64,000 nt of DNA from contig OY970067.1 in assembly GCA_963705305.1 (NCBI GenBank), forward strand, positions 2,464,001 to 2,528,000, in the 5' to 3' direction. This DNA is from an uncultured Methylomirabilota bacterium (GTDB taxonomy: Bacteria; Methylomirabilota; Methylomirabilia; Methylomirabilales; 2-02-FULL-66-22). The position numbers and the translations under genes were made by a program. A model generated the notes under the pieces. The model saw only the letters and a list, made by a program, of their open reading frames with translations, was not told the DNA's origin and searched no databases. Positions 20,920 to 31,189 of the stretch are shown here, piece after piece. How positions within the stretch are numbered: position 1 is the first letter of the stretch; each line of letters begins with the position of its first letter.

Positions 20920-22191
20920 CTAGATGAACCTTTTTACGGCCCGCTTCTTCCATATCATCGGCAGGATGAGGTTCAGGACATCATCCACCGTGATGATGCC
21001 CAGCAGCTCACCCTCGCCGCTCACCACCGGAACAGCCAACAGGTTGTACTTCGTCTGGAGTTCCGCTACCTGGCGGAGTTCTGTCTCGGGCTGCACGCTT
21101 GCCACGTCCGTGTGCATGATCTGTTCCAGACGCTGGCTCGGGTCGGCCAGGATGAGCTCCCGCAGACTCAGAACGCCCAGCAGCCGCTCCCGGTCGTCGG
21201 TTACGTACAGGTAGTAGATGGTCTCGGCGTCCTTGGCCTCGTCCCGGATGCGCTGGATGGCCTCGGCCACGGTGAGGTCCGGCCGGAAGGCCACGTGCTC
21301 CGTTGTCATGAGGCCGCCGCCGGTGTCCTCCTCGTGCTCCAGCAGCTCCTCGACCTCATGCGCCTCCTTCGGCTCCATGGTTTCCAGGAGCTCTTCGGCC
21401 TTGTGCTCGGGCAGGTCGCTCAGGATGTCGGCCGCCTCGTCCGGCTCCATCTCCTCCAGGATGTCCGCCGCGCGCTCCGGCTCCATCATCTGGACGACCG
21501 ACGCCTGGACCTCCGGCTCGGCTTCGGTGATGGTCTCGGCGGCGGTGGACTCGTCCAGGGCGCCCAGCAGGGCGGCCCGCTCGCCGGGATTCAGCTCTTC
21601 CAGAATGTCTGCGATATCGGCCGGGTGCAGCTTGGCCAGCTTCGTGTAGACGGCCTGGCGCTTGGCCCGGGTCAGCTCCGTCTCGACCGGCTCCATCGCC
21701 TCCCAGGGGACCAGCTCGCGAGGGAGTTCCTTGCCCAGCCAGGCTCCCAGCCGCTCGGCCAACCGCTCGGATTTCAGGTGGCGGAGCAACCCCCGCAGGC
21801 CGCCCTCGACGCCGGTGATCCGCAGGCGACCCTCCTGCACCTCGAACTCGACGTCGTTGACCCGGAGCACCTTCTTGCGCGCGGTGTCCACCACTTTCTT
21901 GTCGAGGACGTTCCTGGCCAGCCGCATCTCGTTCGGGCGGAGCGGGAGGGGAGTGAGGCTGGCCAGCGTCCCACGCAGGCGAAGGGGGGCGTCAGGGTCG
22001 GCGGGGAGCTCGGCCACCGCCTCCCATGACAGCAGGATGTCGTCGCGATCGGGCCGGTGCAACAGGAATTTGGTCACCTGGGGATGGGTGCCCAGGGCCA
22101 GGACGACGAGATCTTCCACCTGTCCGGCATCGGCCCCCTGGGAGTCCACCACGGGGCGGTGGCGCAGTTGAGTCAGGGAAAAGGTCGGCAT
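20920..22191 (-). CDS. Soluble PRC-barrel + MgtE N-terminal + CBS-pair protein
   Basis: KLHPADIADILEEL, MEPDEAADIL, TGGGLMTTE, LGIITVDDV; no TM domain. Confidence 0.9.
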   Translation of the reverse strand: MPTFSLTQLRHRPVVDSQGADAGQVEDLVVLALGTHPQVTKFLLHRPDRDDILLSWEAVAELPADPDAPLRLRGTLASLTPLPLRPNEMRLARNVLDKKVVDTARKKVLRVNDVEFEVQEGRLRITGVEGGLRGLLRHLKSERLAERLGAWLGKELPRELVPWEAMEPVETELTRAKRQAVYTKLAKLHPADIADILEELNPGERAALLGALDESTAAETITEAEPEVQASVVQMMEPERAADILEEMEPDEAADILSDLPEHKAEELLETMEPKEAHEVEELLEHEEDTGGGLMTTEHVAFRPDLTVAEAIQRIRDEAKDAETIYYLYVTDDRERLLGVLSLRELILADPSQRLEQIMHTDVASVQPETELRQVAELQTKYNLLAVPVVSGEGELLGIITVDDVLNLILPMIWKKRAVKRFI

Positions 22192-22202
22192 GGCCTGCCA
22201 TC

Positions 22203-22838
22203 CTACTCTGTGGGCTCGACGGGGGTCCGGACCGCGCGGCGGACTTCCTGCATGGACAGGCGCAGGCGGATGTGCCCGCGCGCGGGCTCCAGCCGGTCCA
22301 CGAGATTCCAGCGGATGACGCGGCCGGGCATCCGGCGATTGACCGGGCGCAGCAAGAACAGGAGACCCCAGCGGTGCCCGAGGCGCGTCAGGAAACCGCG
22401 CAGCCCGGTATCCACCCCCCACAAGCGCAACGATCCGTCGGAAAAATCCATGGCAATGTCGTTTACTCGCTGGACCTTGAACCCCAGGCGATCGACCACC
22501 TGTTGGTCCATGATGTGCTTCCGCAGGAGGATCTCGCCGGACTCCATGGGCGATGGGGTCAGTTCGGCCGAGGTGCGCCGCAGGCGGATGGAGCGCATCT
22601 CCAGGGTTTCAACGGCATCCCATGGAAGGACGAGCAGGTCGCCGAACCGGCCCTGACCGGCGGCGTGGCGGCCCCGGCCGCGACGGACGAGCAGATGATG
22701 GACGACCGGGCCCTCAGGGCAGGAGGACGTGGGCCTGGCGGCCAGATCGAGGAGGGCCCCCACGGGACATCCATCCCGGTCCACCACCGGCTTGTGCAGA
22801 AGATCCTTGTAGAAGCTCACATCGCCGCGGCTGGCCAT
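22203..22838 (-). CDS. PRC-barrel-domain protein, paralog of the N-terminus of the downstream gene
   Basis: KPVVDRDG, MDQQVVD...RVNDI...GVDTGLRGFL mirror motifs in 20920-22191. Confidence 0.8.
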   Translation of the reverse strand: MASRGDVSFYKDLLHKPVVDRDGCPVGALLDLAARPTSSCPEGPVVHHLLVRRGRGRHAAGQGRFGDLLVLPWDAVETLEMRSIRLRRTSAELTPSPMESGEILLRKHIMDQQVVDRLGFKVQRVNDIAMDFSDGSLRLWGVDTGLRGFLTRLGHRWGLLFLLRPVNRRMPGRVIRWNLVDRLEPARGHIRLRLSMQEVRRAVRTPVEPTE

Positions 22839-23234
22839 CGGGGTGGCGTTCCCTCAGCCGGAGTCCTGCCCCGCCGGGCAGAACCTTACCCGATCCTGCT
22901 CAGAGGGTATCTCTCGATAACGGCCTTCCTGGATGCGCCGACATCCGGTGGTACTATATGGGCCTTTTGTACTGCGCTGTCCGGTGACTGTCAACCCATT
23001 TTCTGGCTGATTTTCCTGTTTTTTCGCTAGGTTGACGCTTGTCCCGCCGGCTCGGGTTGATCGGGGGGAAAGATTCTCCGTGCCTGTCGGCTGCCGGTGA
23101 TGTCGCCGAGGGGCCGTCGCTTGCCGGGGCAGGAGTCGTTTGATATGCTAGTTTCCCTTATCTCTCCGGAGACCCGGCCGAGAGGGGTGGACTCTTCACG
23201 GGCCGGAGTCGGGGGGTTGTCCCAGGATGGAACG

Positions 23235-23690
23235 GTGAGACCGGAAGCCGATGCGAGCCAGGCCAAGGAGATCCGTGCCTCGGTGGCGGCATGTGTGATG
23301 AGCCCGGAGGGGAGGATCCTGCTGCAGCGTCGGTCAGACAACGGGCGCTGGGGACTCCCGGGCGGATCGGTGGAGATCGGGGAGTCCGTTTCGCAGGCCC
23401 TCCTGCGGGAGGTCCTCGAGGAGACCGGCCTGAGGGTCGAGGCGGTACGCCTGGTGGGTGTCTACTCCGATCCGGCCCTCCAGGTCGTGCGATACCCGGA
23501 CGACAACGTGGTCCACTACGTCAACCTATTCTTCGAGTGCCGGATTTTGGGCGGCAGCCTGGCGACCTGCGAGGAGACGCTCGAGCTCCGGTTCTTCGAT
23601 CCGGCCGATCTCCCGCCCGACGTTCTCCCCATGCATCGGATCCGAATCCAGGATGCTCTGGCACAGCGACCGGCCGCGTTCGTCCGATGA
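23235..23690 (+). CDS. NUDIX hydrolase
   Basis: PGGSVEIGESVSQALLREVLEETGL Nudix box. Confidence 0.93.
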   Translation: MRPEADASQAKEIRASVAACVMSPEGRILLQRRSDNGRWGLPGGSVEIGESVSQALLREVLEETGLRVEAVRLVGVYSDPALQVVRYPDDNVVHYVNLFFECRILGGSLATCEETLELRFFDPADLPPDVLPMHRIRIQDALAQRPAAFVR

Positions 23691-23718
23691 CCGGCATGGC
23701 GTGGGCGGCATCGTCCCG

Positions 23719-23997
23719 TCACACGAGCATTTGCACGGCCCCGGCCAGGGCGAGGTCCTTGCTGGTGATCCCTCCGGCGTCATGCGTGGAAAGCGTCAGG
23801 GTGACCCGGTTGTAGGTGACAGCAATATCCGGATGGTGGCCGGCCCTCTCGGCCATGGCCGCCACACTGTTCACGAAAAACATCGCCTCCTTGAAGTCCT
23901 TGAAGACGAACTGCTGCTGGATCGCGTTACCCGCCAGCTTCCAGCCCTTGAGGCGGGCCAACCGCCCTTTGATTGCCGCAGCACTCAGCTTCGCCAT
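23719..23997 (-). CDS. phhB: Pterin-4-alpha-carbinolamine dehydratase
   Basis: HHPDI, STHDAGGIT. Confidence 0.93.
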   Translation of the reverse strand: MAKLSAAAIKGRLARLKGWKLAGNAIQQQFVFKDFKEAMFFVNSVAAMAERAGHHPDIAVTYNRVTLTLSTHDAGGITSKDLALAGAVQMLV

Positions 23998-24191
23998 TGT
24001 TTCCTCCCATTCGATCGATGTTTTCAGGGAGCCTGGTTGAGCGCGGGACTCCTTCATCTATCCTAGCGTGGCAAGGTCGGGGGCGGAAGCCCTGCGCTCG
24101 GGGGGAGATTTCCTCAGAAGGCGGGGGGACTTCTTTCATGTCCTTCCGCGGTTGGCCTGCTCCCGTCGTGGGTTGTGGGCTGGCACGAACT

Positions 24192-24228
24192 TTGTCTGTT
24201 TGACAGACAATTGGCGCTGTGGTAGATA
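24192..24228 (+). promoter_or_regulatory. Operator palindrome overlapping the -35 box of the ilvD-gntR operon
   Basis: TTGTCTG-N5-CAGACAA containing TTGACA (24200); TAGATA 17 nt downstream. Confidence 0.6.
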
Positions 24229-24306
24229 AGTTAGCCTGGTTATCATGATGTATAAACAGGATTGGCTGCGGGCTCTTTATTCCGTCCGCTTTCTGAAGGT
24301 TCCGAG

Positions 24307-25995
24307 ATGCCGCAAGAACTAAACCGGCGAAGCCGCGACCTGCACGACTCACTGGAGCGGACAGCTCACCGAGCGTTGCTCCACACCATCGGTGTCAGCC
24401 ACGAGGATATGGCGAAGCCCCTGGTGGCCGTCGTGAACTCCTGGACCGACGTGGTCCCGGGGCACCTCCACCTGCGGGCCTTGGGGGAGCTGGTCAAACA
24501 GGGAGTGCGGGAGGCCGGGGGGATGCCCTTGGAGTTCGACACCATCGCCGTCTGCGACGGCATGGCCCAGGGGCACATCGGGATGAGCTATTCGCTGCCC
24601 AGCCGCGAGGCCATCGCCGATACGGTGGAGATCATGCTGGAGGGGCATCGGTTCGATGCGGCGGTGATGGTCTCCAGCTGCGACAAGATCGAGCCGGGGC
24701 ACCTCATGGCGGCCCTCCGGGTGAATATCCCCACGGTCGTGCTGACGGGCGGGCCGATGGAGGCCGGGACGTACAAGGAACACACCGACATCACCCTCTC
24801 CACCATGCGGGAGTTCGCCGGGCAGGTGAAGCTGGGGAAGCTCACGCGGGAGGAATTAACCGAGATCGAGAAGGCGGCGCTGCCCGGACCGGGCTCCTGC
24901 TCCATGATGGGAACGGCCAATACCATGGGATGCCTGATCGAGGCTCTGGGGATGTCGCCCACCGGCTGCGGGACCATGTTGGCCATCGACCCCCTGCGTC
25001 CGGCCCTGGCCCGGGAGGCCGGACACCTGGTGATCGAGTGCCTAAAGAAGGGGCTGACGCCGCGCACCATCGTGACCCGCCAGGCTGTCGAGAATGCCAT
25101 GATGGTGGATATGGCCCTGGGCGGGTCCACCAACAGCGTCCTGCACCTTTTGGCCATCGCGCATGAAGCGGGCATTTCCCTGGAACTGGACGAGTTCGAC
25201 GCCGTGGCGCGCCGCGTGCCGCACCTCTGCAACGTCAAGCCCTCGGGACAGTACGCCGTAGGCCGCCTGGACCAGGCGGGAGGGGTCCCCGCCTTGATGC
25301 ACGAACTGCGGGATCTCCTGCATCTGGACCTTCCCACCGTCACCGGCCAGGTCCTGCGCGAGAATATCGCGGGGGCGGTGGTGCGGGACCGCGAGCTGAT
25401 CCGGCCGCTGTCCGATCCCCTCCACCCCCAAGGCGGGCTGGCGATCCTGCGGGGCAGTCTGGCCCCGGACGGGGCGGTGGTGAAACAGACGGCGGTGCGC
25501 TTCGAGAATATGCTGACCCACCGGGGGCCGGCTCGCGTCTTCGAAAGCATGGAAGAGGCGGTCCGCGCCTTCCTGGGAGACGTGGTGCGGCCGGGCGAGG
25601 TGGTGGTGGTGCGCTACGAGGGACCCAAGGGGGGACCGGGGATGCGCGAGATGCACCAGATCACCGCCATCATGGTGGGCATGGGGCTGGACGAACATTG
25701 CGGCCTGGTGACGGACGGCCGGTTCTCCGGCTCCACCCGGGGGCCCTGCATCGGCCATATCTCACCCGAGGCGGCTGAGGGTGGTCCCCTCGCGCTGGTC
25801 CGCGACGGAGATCTGATCGCGTACGATATCCCCAACCGGCGCCTGGATCTCTTGGTGCCGGCGGATGAATTGACCCGGCGCCGGTCGGTCTGGCAGCCGA
25901 AGAAACGCGAATTGCGAGGCATCCTGGCGCGCTACGCGCGCCTCGCCGAATCGGCCTCGAAGGGCGCCATCTTGCGGGAACCAACAGACGGGTGA
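24307..25995 (+). CDS. ilvD: Dihydroxy-acid dehydratase (IlvD/Edd family)
   Basis: CDGMAQGH, CDK, CSMMGTANTM, GGSTN, YEGPKGGPGMREM, TDGRFSG. Confidence 0.92.
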   Translation: MPQELNRRSRDLHDSLERTAHRALLHTIGVSHEDMAKPLVAVVNSWTDVVPGHLHLRALGELVKQGVREAGGMPLEFDTIAVCDGMAQGHIGMSYSLPSREAIADTVEIMLEGHRFDAAVMVSSCDKIEPGHLMAALRVNIPTVVLTGGPMEAGTYKEHTDITLSTMREFAGQVKLGKLTREELTEIEKAALPGPGSCSMMGTANTMGCLIEALGMSPTGCGTMLAIDPLRPALAREAGHLVIECLKKGLTPRTIVTRQAVENAMMVDMALGGSTNSVLHLLAIAHEAGISLELDEFDAVARRVPHLCNVKPSGQYAVGRLDQAGGVPALMHELRDLLHLDLPTVTGQVLRENIAGAVVRDRELIRPLSDPLHPQGGLAILRGSLAPDGAVVKQTAVRFENMLTHRGPARVFESMEEAVRAFLGDVVRPGEVVVVRYEGPKGGPGMREMHQITAIMVGMGLDEHCGLVTDGRFSGSTRGPCIGHISPEAAEGGPLALVRDGDLIAYDIPNRRLDLLVPADELTRRRSVWQPKKRELRGILARYARLAESASKGAILREPTDG

Positions 25996-26001
25996 GGGAC
26001 C

Positions 26002-26823
26002 ATGAGCAAGGCGGAAGAAACAGGCACGCGAGAAGGGCGAAGCGGGCGGCATTCGGCCAGCACGTTTCCCAACCGGTTCATTCCACTCTATTATCAGCTT
26101 GAGAACATCCTGCGATCCAAGATCGAGGGTGGGGAGATCCTGCCGCACCACAAGCTGCCGACGGAGCAGGAGCTCTCCCGGGAATACAAGATCAGCCGAG
26201 CCACCGTGCGCCAGGCGCTGGCGGCTCTGGTCTCGGAAGGCCTGCTGTACCGGAAGCAGGGGAAGGGCACCTTCGTCACCGAGAAGGCCACCCAAACGAA
26301 GTCGGTCAAGCTGACGGGGTTCACCGAGGACCTGTTCTCGGAGGGACACCAGGCCGAGGTGAAGATCATGGAGATCCGGCCCGCCCCGGCGCCGGAACGG
26401 GTGGCCGCGGCCCTCCGGGTGCCGACAGGCGAGGAGGTCATCCGCTTCAAGCGGGTGCGCTCCGTGGACGGGGCCCCCTTCTCCTATGTGATCAACTACC
26501 TGCTGCCGGAGGTCGGGTCGAAGATCTCCGAGCGGGACCTCCAGCAGCACACCATGCTGCACCTCCTCGAGGAGAGGTTGGGCATTTCGCTGGGGACGAT
26601 CCGCCACTCCGTGGAGGCGATCAAGGCTGACGTCGAGGTGGCGTCACTCCTCGGGGTGAGCGTGTTCGATCCGGTGCTGTACATGGAGACCGCCGTGTAC
26701 GCCGCCGAGGGACAGCCGGTGGAAACGGTAGATACCTACTTCCGCTCCGACCGGTACCGGTACACGGTGGAATTGATCCGCAGCCAGCAGCTCCGCAAGG
26801 ATCGAGGCAAGCGGACGCGGTGA
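26002..26823 (+). CDS. GntR/HutC family regulator (UTRA domain)
   Basis: LPTEQEL, SRATVRQAL, GKGTFV. Confidence 0.95.
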   Translation: MSKAEETGTREGRSGRHSASTFPNRFIPLYYQLENILRSKIEGGEILPHHKLPTEQELSREYKISRATVRQALAALVSEGLLYRKQGKGTFVTEKATQTKSVKLTGFTEDLFSEGHQAEVKIMEIRPAPAPERVAAALRVPTGEEVIRFKRVRSVDGAPFSYVINYLLPEVGSKISERDLQQHTMLHLLEERLGISLGTIRHSVEAIKADVEVASLLGVSVFDPVLYMETAVYAAEGQPVETVDTYFRSDRYRYTVELIRSQQLRKDRGKRTR

Positions 26824-26937
26824 GGCCGAGGCAGGCGTCGGCCGTCACTCGGGAACGGATGGCCACGGAACATTCAATGGCCGCCCCATGCGGGCGGCCA
26901 TATATTTTCGCTGCTGATCGCTGATCTCTTATGGCTC

Positions 26938-27882
26938 TCAGAGGTACTGCCCGTAGCGGATCTTCTCGATGATCTCCTTGGTTTTTCGATAGTCCTCGAT
27001 CGCCCGCTGCATCTCCTGGGTCGTCACCGCCCCCGGCGCGCTTCCTGCGCCTTCCTGGTGGACTTTGCTCTCCAGGGCTTTCTGGACGATGGCGGCGATA
27101 TCGGCGCTGCTCATCTTGACCATCCATGCCAGGATGGCGTCACTGTCCAGGTCGGCGAAGAGCTTCCGGCCGGCAATGGCCTCCGCACGGGCGACATGGA
27201 TTCGAAGAATCTCCACCTTTTCGTCGCTTTCAGGGAGGGGAACCTCGATCATGCGGTCGATGCGCCCGGGGCGAATCAGGGTGGGATCCACGACGTTCGG
27301 GGCGGTTCGTGGAGGCGACCGCCAACACGTCGCCCGGTTGGCCGAGGTCGTCGAGATGCTCGCCCACGCTGTTCACAAGCCGGCGGCTGGCGATCCGGAG
27401 CTCCTCCGGGGCGGCGCGCTCGAAGACCAAATCGTCGATCTCGTCCAGGAACAGGATGCAGCGTCCGCACTCCTTGACCTGGGCAAACACCTCTTGGAGG
27501 ACATCCACCGAGTCCGCGTACCATTTCGTCACGACGTTCGTCACGCGCACATGGAGAAAGGCCGCGTCGGCCTCGCCTGCCAGCGCCTTGGCCAGCAGGG
27601 TCTTGCCGGTCCCCGGGGGGCCGTAGAGCACACACCTCTGGGCGGCTGGGTTCCCCATTTCCTGTGCAGATCCGGATTCTTCAGGGCGGAGACTAGGCCG
27701 CCGACTTCCTGCTTGGCCCGGCTCAACCCCCCGATATCCTTGAAGGAGACATCCGGCGGTATGGCGAACTCGATCTTTCCTTTCATGTCGCCAAAGCGTT
27801 TGGCCAGGCTGGTCAGGAAATCCTCAAGCTTTCGCTGGAGCATCTCACGCGTGTGACCGGTCAGCATCTTCTTTTCGGCCAT
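26938..27882 (-). CDS. AAA+ ATPase (about 314 aa, two frameshifts) ending in GQYL
   Basis: Three frames join to give DIGGL, YGPPGTGKT, FLDEID, STNRPDVVDPTLIRPGRID; -1 near 27630, +1 at 27292-27298; RBS AAGGAGA. Confidence 0.85.
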
Positions 27883-27944
27883 CGGGAATGCTCTCCTTGT
27901 GCCGCGGCCGGGACCTGCAGCCGCAGGCGACGGCATGTCCGTCC

Positions 27945-28544
27945 TCAGTCTTCCACCGAGCCGGCGGCCTGAAAGAACGAATCCTGCATCTTCTGCATCA
28001 GGGTGGGGATATCGGTAGTCAGGATGACCAAGTCATGTTTGCGGCCGTGCAGGTCGACGACCTGGTTGGCCAGTCGAGCTTCCTGCTCAAAGCCCAGCTT
28101 CCTGAAGATTGTGATGGCGGCCGCTTGGTCCGCTGCCATTTCGGCCACCATCTTGTCCAGCCCGCCCTGGAGCGCCAAGTAGAAGATCTCTCGGGCCAGG
28201 GCGGTGGCCAGGCCACGGCGACGGTAGCGCGCGTCGGTGACCACACGGATCTGGGCGATGTGACGCATCCACCCGTCAGTCTGTCGGTGCAGCGTCGCGT
28301 CCCCGGCGATCCGTCCCTCGTGTTCAGCCAGGATGGGCAGCACTCGGGCGTAGTTGAGATTGCGGCTCCAAGCCTCCACGGTCTCGGACCGGGTGACGTC
28401 GTCTTTGAGAAACTGCCGGTCCTCCGGCGGAAGCCGGCGGAAGAAATCCAGGAGCGCCGGTCCGTCCTCGGACACCATCGGCCGCAGGGTGACCACGGTC
28501 CCGTCGCGGAGCGTGATGTGCTTGGGGTATTCCCGGAGCAGCAT
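27945..28544 (-). CDS. GNAT family N-acetyltransferase
   Basis: YRRRGLATAL acetyl-CoA motif, FRKLGF. Confidence 0.9.
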   Translation of the reverse strand: MLLREYPKHITLRDGTVVTLRPMVSEDGPALLDFFRRLPPEDRQFLKDDVTRSETVEAWSRNLNYARVLPILAEHEGRIAGDATLHRQTDGWMRHIAQIRVVTDARYRRRGLATALAREIFYLALQGGLDKMVAEMAADQAAAITIFRKLGFEQEARLANQVVDLHGRKHDLVILTTDIPTLMQKMQDSFFQAAGSVED

Positions 28545-28780
28545 GGCGGCCCTCCCGTAAATCGGTTGCAGGCAGGGTCCCACTTCGCTGACAACGCTAT
28601 CAGAGGCCGGAGTGGCAGGCAAGAGGGCAAAGCGGCGGCCTCTTGGATGTCAGGAAGTACAGGCGAGGGGGGAGAGGGGGCGCACCGCTACGCTCGGGCG
28701 AATGGGAGCGGGGGTGCAGGGGCGCAGAGGCGCAGCCTCCGGCCCGGAGGGAGGCGAAGAGGTGCAGGGCCGGGGAGCCG

Positions 28781-28840
28781 TCAGGCGGCGAGGAGCGTCG
28801 CGAGCATCCGGGCGTTCGTGACGGCCTGGCCCCGGGCATG
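28781..28840 (-). repeat. Diverged duplicate of the DUF72 gene 3' end
   Basis: Encodes HARGQAVTNARMLATLLAA* versus gene end HARGQAVTNARMLAALLAG*; 51/60 nt identical. Confidence 0.85.
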
Positions 28841-28875
28841 CCACCCGAGGGCAGGCCCCGCAAGTGGAGAAGCGA

Positions 28876-29646
28876 TCAGCCAGCCAGGAGCGCGGCGAGC
28901 ATCCGGGCATTGGTCACGGCCTGGCCTCGGGCATGATTGTTAAAAAACGTATAGCATTTCTGCACGGCCTCGGCCAGCGAGCGGATCTTGGGGATCCACT
29001 CCCGCAGCTCGGCCTCGTCATAAAGGTAATCGTATCGCTCCCAGGCCTGGGCATGGGTCCACCACTTCTGGTGATTTCGACCGTGAAACCGAACGTAGCC
29101 CGGCGGGGCGGTGGCTCGGACAACGGGGGGCGGCAGGTTCGGAAGGCGCGGCTCGTCCACGCAGCAATAGCCGACCCCCAGGCCGGCCAGCAGGCGGAAG
29201 GTATCCTCCGTCGTCCAGCTCCGATGCCGGAACTCCACCACGACGGGATCAGGGCGGAGGTCTTCGGCGATGCGCCGGAGATAGGCGGTGTTCTGGGGCG
29301 TGGCCTTGAAGGAGAAAGGAAACTGGACGAGAACGCAGGCGAGAACTCCGGCCTCCCGCAGGGGGGCCAGAGCCGCCTGGAAATGCGGGAGCGCCTGCGC
29401 GTACCTCTCCCGGGCGTGGGTCATCTCCTGATGGCACTTGACCGAGAACTCGACACGCCCCCCTGCGCGCTTGGCCATGGCCGCCATGGTGCGGGGTGGC
29501 GGGATATGATAGTAGGTGGAGTTGATCTCGACGGTAGGAAAATGCTTGGCATAAAAGTCGAGCATATCCTGCTGGCCGAGTCCGTCAGGGTAAAAGGGAC
29601 CGCGCCATTCGGGGTAGCTGAAGCCGCTGGTGCCAATCTTGATCAT
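28876..29646 (-). CDS. DUF72 (YecE-like) protein
   Basis: IGTSGFSY, VEINSTYY, EFRHRSW, YVRFHGRN, FFNNH. Confidence 0.93.
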   Translation of the reverse strand: MIKIGTSGFSYPEWRGPFYPDGLGQQDMLDFYAKHFPTVEINSTYYHIPPPRTMAAMAKRAGGRVEFSVKCHQEMTHARERYAQALPHFQAALAPLREAGVLACVLVQFPFSFKATPQNTAYLRRIAEDLRPDPVVVEFRHRSWTTEDTFRLLAGLGVGYCCVDEPRLPNLPPPVVRATAPPGYVRFHGRNHQKWWTHAQAWERYDYLYDEAELREWIPKIRSLAEAVQKCYTFFNNHARGQAVTNARMLAALLAG

Positions 29647-29683
29647 GGCCGACCCAAGCTCGGAGGCGCAGAAGCCCATCGCA

Positions 29684-30022
29684 TCAGGCCAGCTTGACAC
29701 CATTGGGGACCGGCCGCTCGGGGATGGCCAGGACGACCGCTCCATCCGGCGTGCAGAAACCGGTGAGGAGAAACTCAGACCTGACAGGGCCGATCTGTTT
29801 GGGAGGGAAGTTGACGACACCGATGACCTGGCGGCCCACCAGGTCTTCTTTCCGGTAGAGATCAGTGATCCGGGCGCTGCACCGCTTGAGGCCGATCTCC
29901 GGTCCGAAGTCGGCCGTGATCTTGTAAGCGGGCTTGCGAGCCTCGGGGAAATCCTCCACCGTCACGATGGTCCCCGTCCGCAACTCGACCTGTTCAAATT
30001 GCTCCCACGTGATCGGAATCAT
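29684..30022 (-). CDS. csaA: CsaA tRNA-binding/export chaperone
   Basis: [28 protein letters not shown]. Confidence 0.92.
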   Translation of the reverse strand: MIPITWEQFEQVELRTGTIVTVEDFPEARKPAYKITADFGPEIGLKRCSARITDLYRKEDLVGRQVIGVVNFPPKQIGPVRSEFLLTGFCTPDGAVVLAIPERPVPNGVKLA

Positions 30023-30089
30023 TCGGGTGCACTCCTCGCATGCATGATGGAAATGGTAGGGTGAACGTTCTGCCGGCAGCGCCCCCTCG

Positions 30090-30503
30090 TTACGCCGATC
30101 TACGAAAGCCCTCGTAGCCGCTCTCGAATGCCGCCTTTCCCTCCCGCAGGAAATCCTCATACGACCAATCCGCGTCGCATAGCTCTCCCTCAAAGCCGGG
30201 GGAAAGTATATAGGTCCACGCCGCGACAGCGGCTCCCCCCTCGGGGATCACAGAGACTTCCGTTCTAATGTACATCTTTCCCTCGAAGCGATCGAGCCGG
30301 TCCAGCCCCTGCGCCGAGATGTCGAAGTAAAGCAGCCCCCGCACGGCGCTGCCCGCCTTGGCTCGAATGCCTGGATAGGGCCGGTCCCGCAAAATCTTTC
30401 GCTCGTAGTCGTAGAGCACCGCCGGAGCATGGCGGGGCAGCTCGCCCGCAACTTTCCGCATGATCTCGGGATCGATCAAGGTCCCGTAGGCGAACAGGTT
30501 CAT
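30090..30503 (-). CDS. Gamma-glutamylcyclotransferase family protein
   Basis: LFAYGTL, YPGI, LDRFEG. Confidence 0.9.
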   Translation of the reverse strand: MNLFAYGTLIDPEIMRKVAGELPRHAPAVLYDYERKILRDRPYPGIRAKAGSAVRGLLYFDISAQGLDRLDRFEGKMYIRTEVSVIPEGGAAVAAWTYILSPGFEGELCDADWSYEDFLREGKAAFESGYEGFRRSA

Positions 30504-30572
30504 CTCGAGCCTCCGCATGTCTCCGCCCGTAGCCGCGTCCCGCCTCCCGGGTCGCAGCGGGCGGGCAGCGTC

Positions 30573-30944
30573 TCAAAACTGGCCGGTCGAGAGCAGGACG
30601 AGCGTGCAGGCCTCGACGACCTCGATCTGCTGCTTCGAGAGGGCAGGGTAGACCCCGGAATTCTCGGCACCCGGATTGAAGATGACCCGCCGCGGCCAGA
30701 TCGTGAGGATATCCCGGATGACCGGGGCCTGCTTTGCCGGTGAGAGATAGACAGCGACGGTATCCACGAGATCCGGGATGGCCGTCAGAGACACATATCC
30801 TTTCAGGCCCAGGATCTCCTTGCCGGACCTGGACACGGGGATCGGGGAGAACCCGGCGGCCAGCAGCCGCTGCAGTGCCCGGTGCGAGTACCGGTGGACC
30901 TTGTCGCTCGCGCCGACGACGGCCACGTTTCTTGCAGGATCCAT
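30573..30944 (-). CDS. CoA-binding protein (YccU-like)
   Basis: VAVVGASDK, RVIFNPGAEN, EACTLVLL. Confidence 0.9.
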   Translation of the reverse strand: MDPARNVAVVGASDKVHRYSHRALQRLLAAGFSPIPVSRSGKEILGLKGYVSLTAIPDLVDTVAVYLSPAKQAPVIRDILTIWPRRVIFNPGAENSGVYPALSKQQIEVVEACTLVLLSTGQF

Positions 30945-31159
30945 TGCGGGCAAACCCTCCTGCAGGGCCGCACCACGCGGCCGCGATTCTCCCGCAGCAT
31001 GCCGCCGAATCAGGGAGCGGCCATGAGTATACGTCCTCAGGCGGGCGGACTCAATCGCCACGGCTTTCCCCGGGGCGACGTTGCCCAAAGAAGCAAATGG
31101 GCTTGGGGGCGGAGGCGGGAGCGCGCGGGGCCGGCGGACGGAATAATGTCAATAAAGTC

Positions 31160-31176
31160 GCAACGTCCCCTATGCT
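31160..31176 (-). repeat. Orphan RAYT-element end
   Basis: Reverse complement AGCATAGGGGACGTTGC matches AGCAATAGGGGACGTTGC at 61652-61669 with one gap. Confidence 0.6.
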
Positions 31177-31189
31177 TGCACTGCCCGTT

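Noticed and set aside
28781..28935. DGR template/variable repeat pair
   Set aside because: Differences are not adenine-specific, are mostly synonymous, and no reverse transcriptase is present
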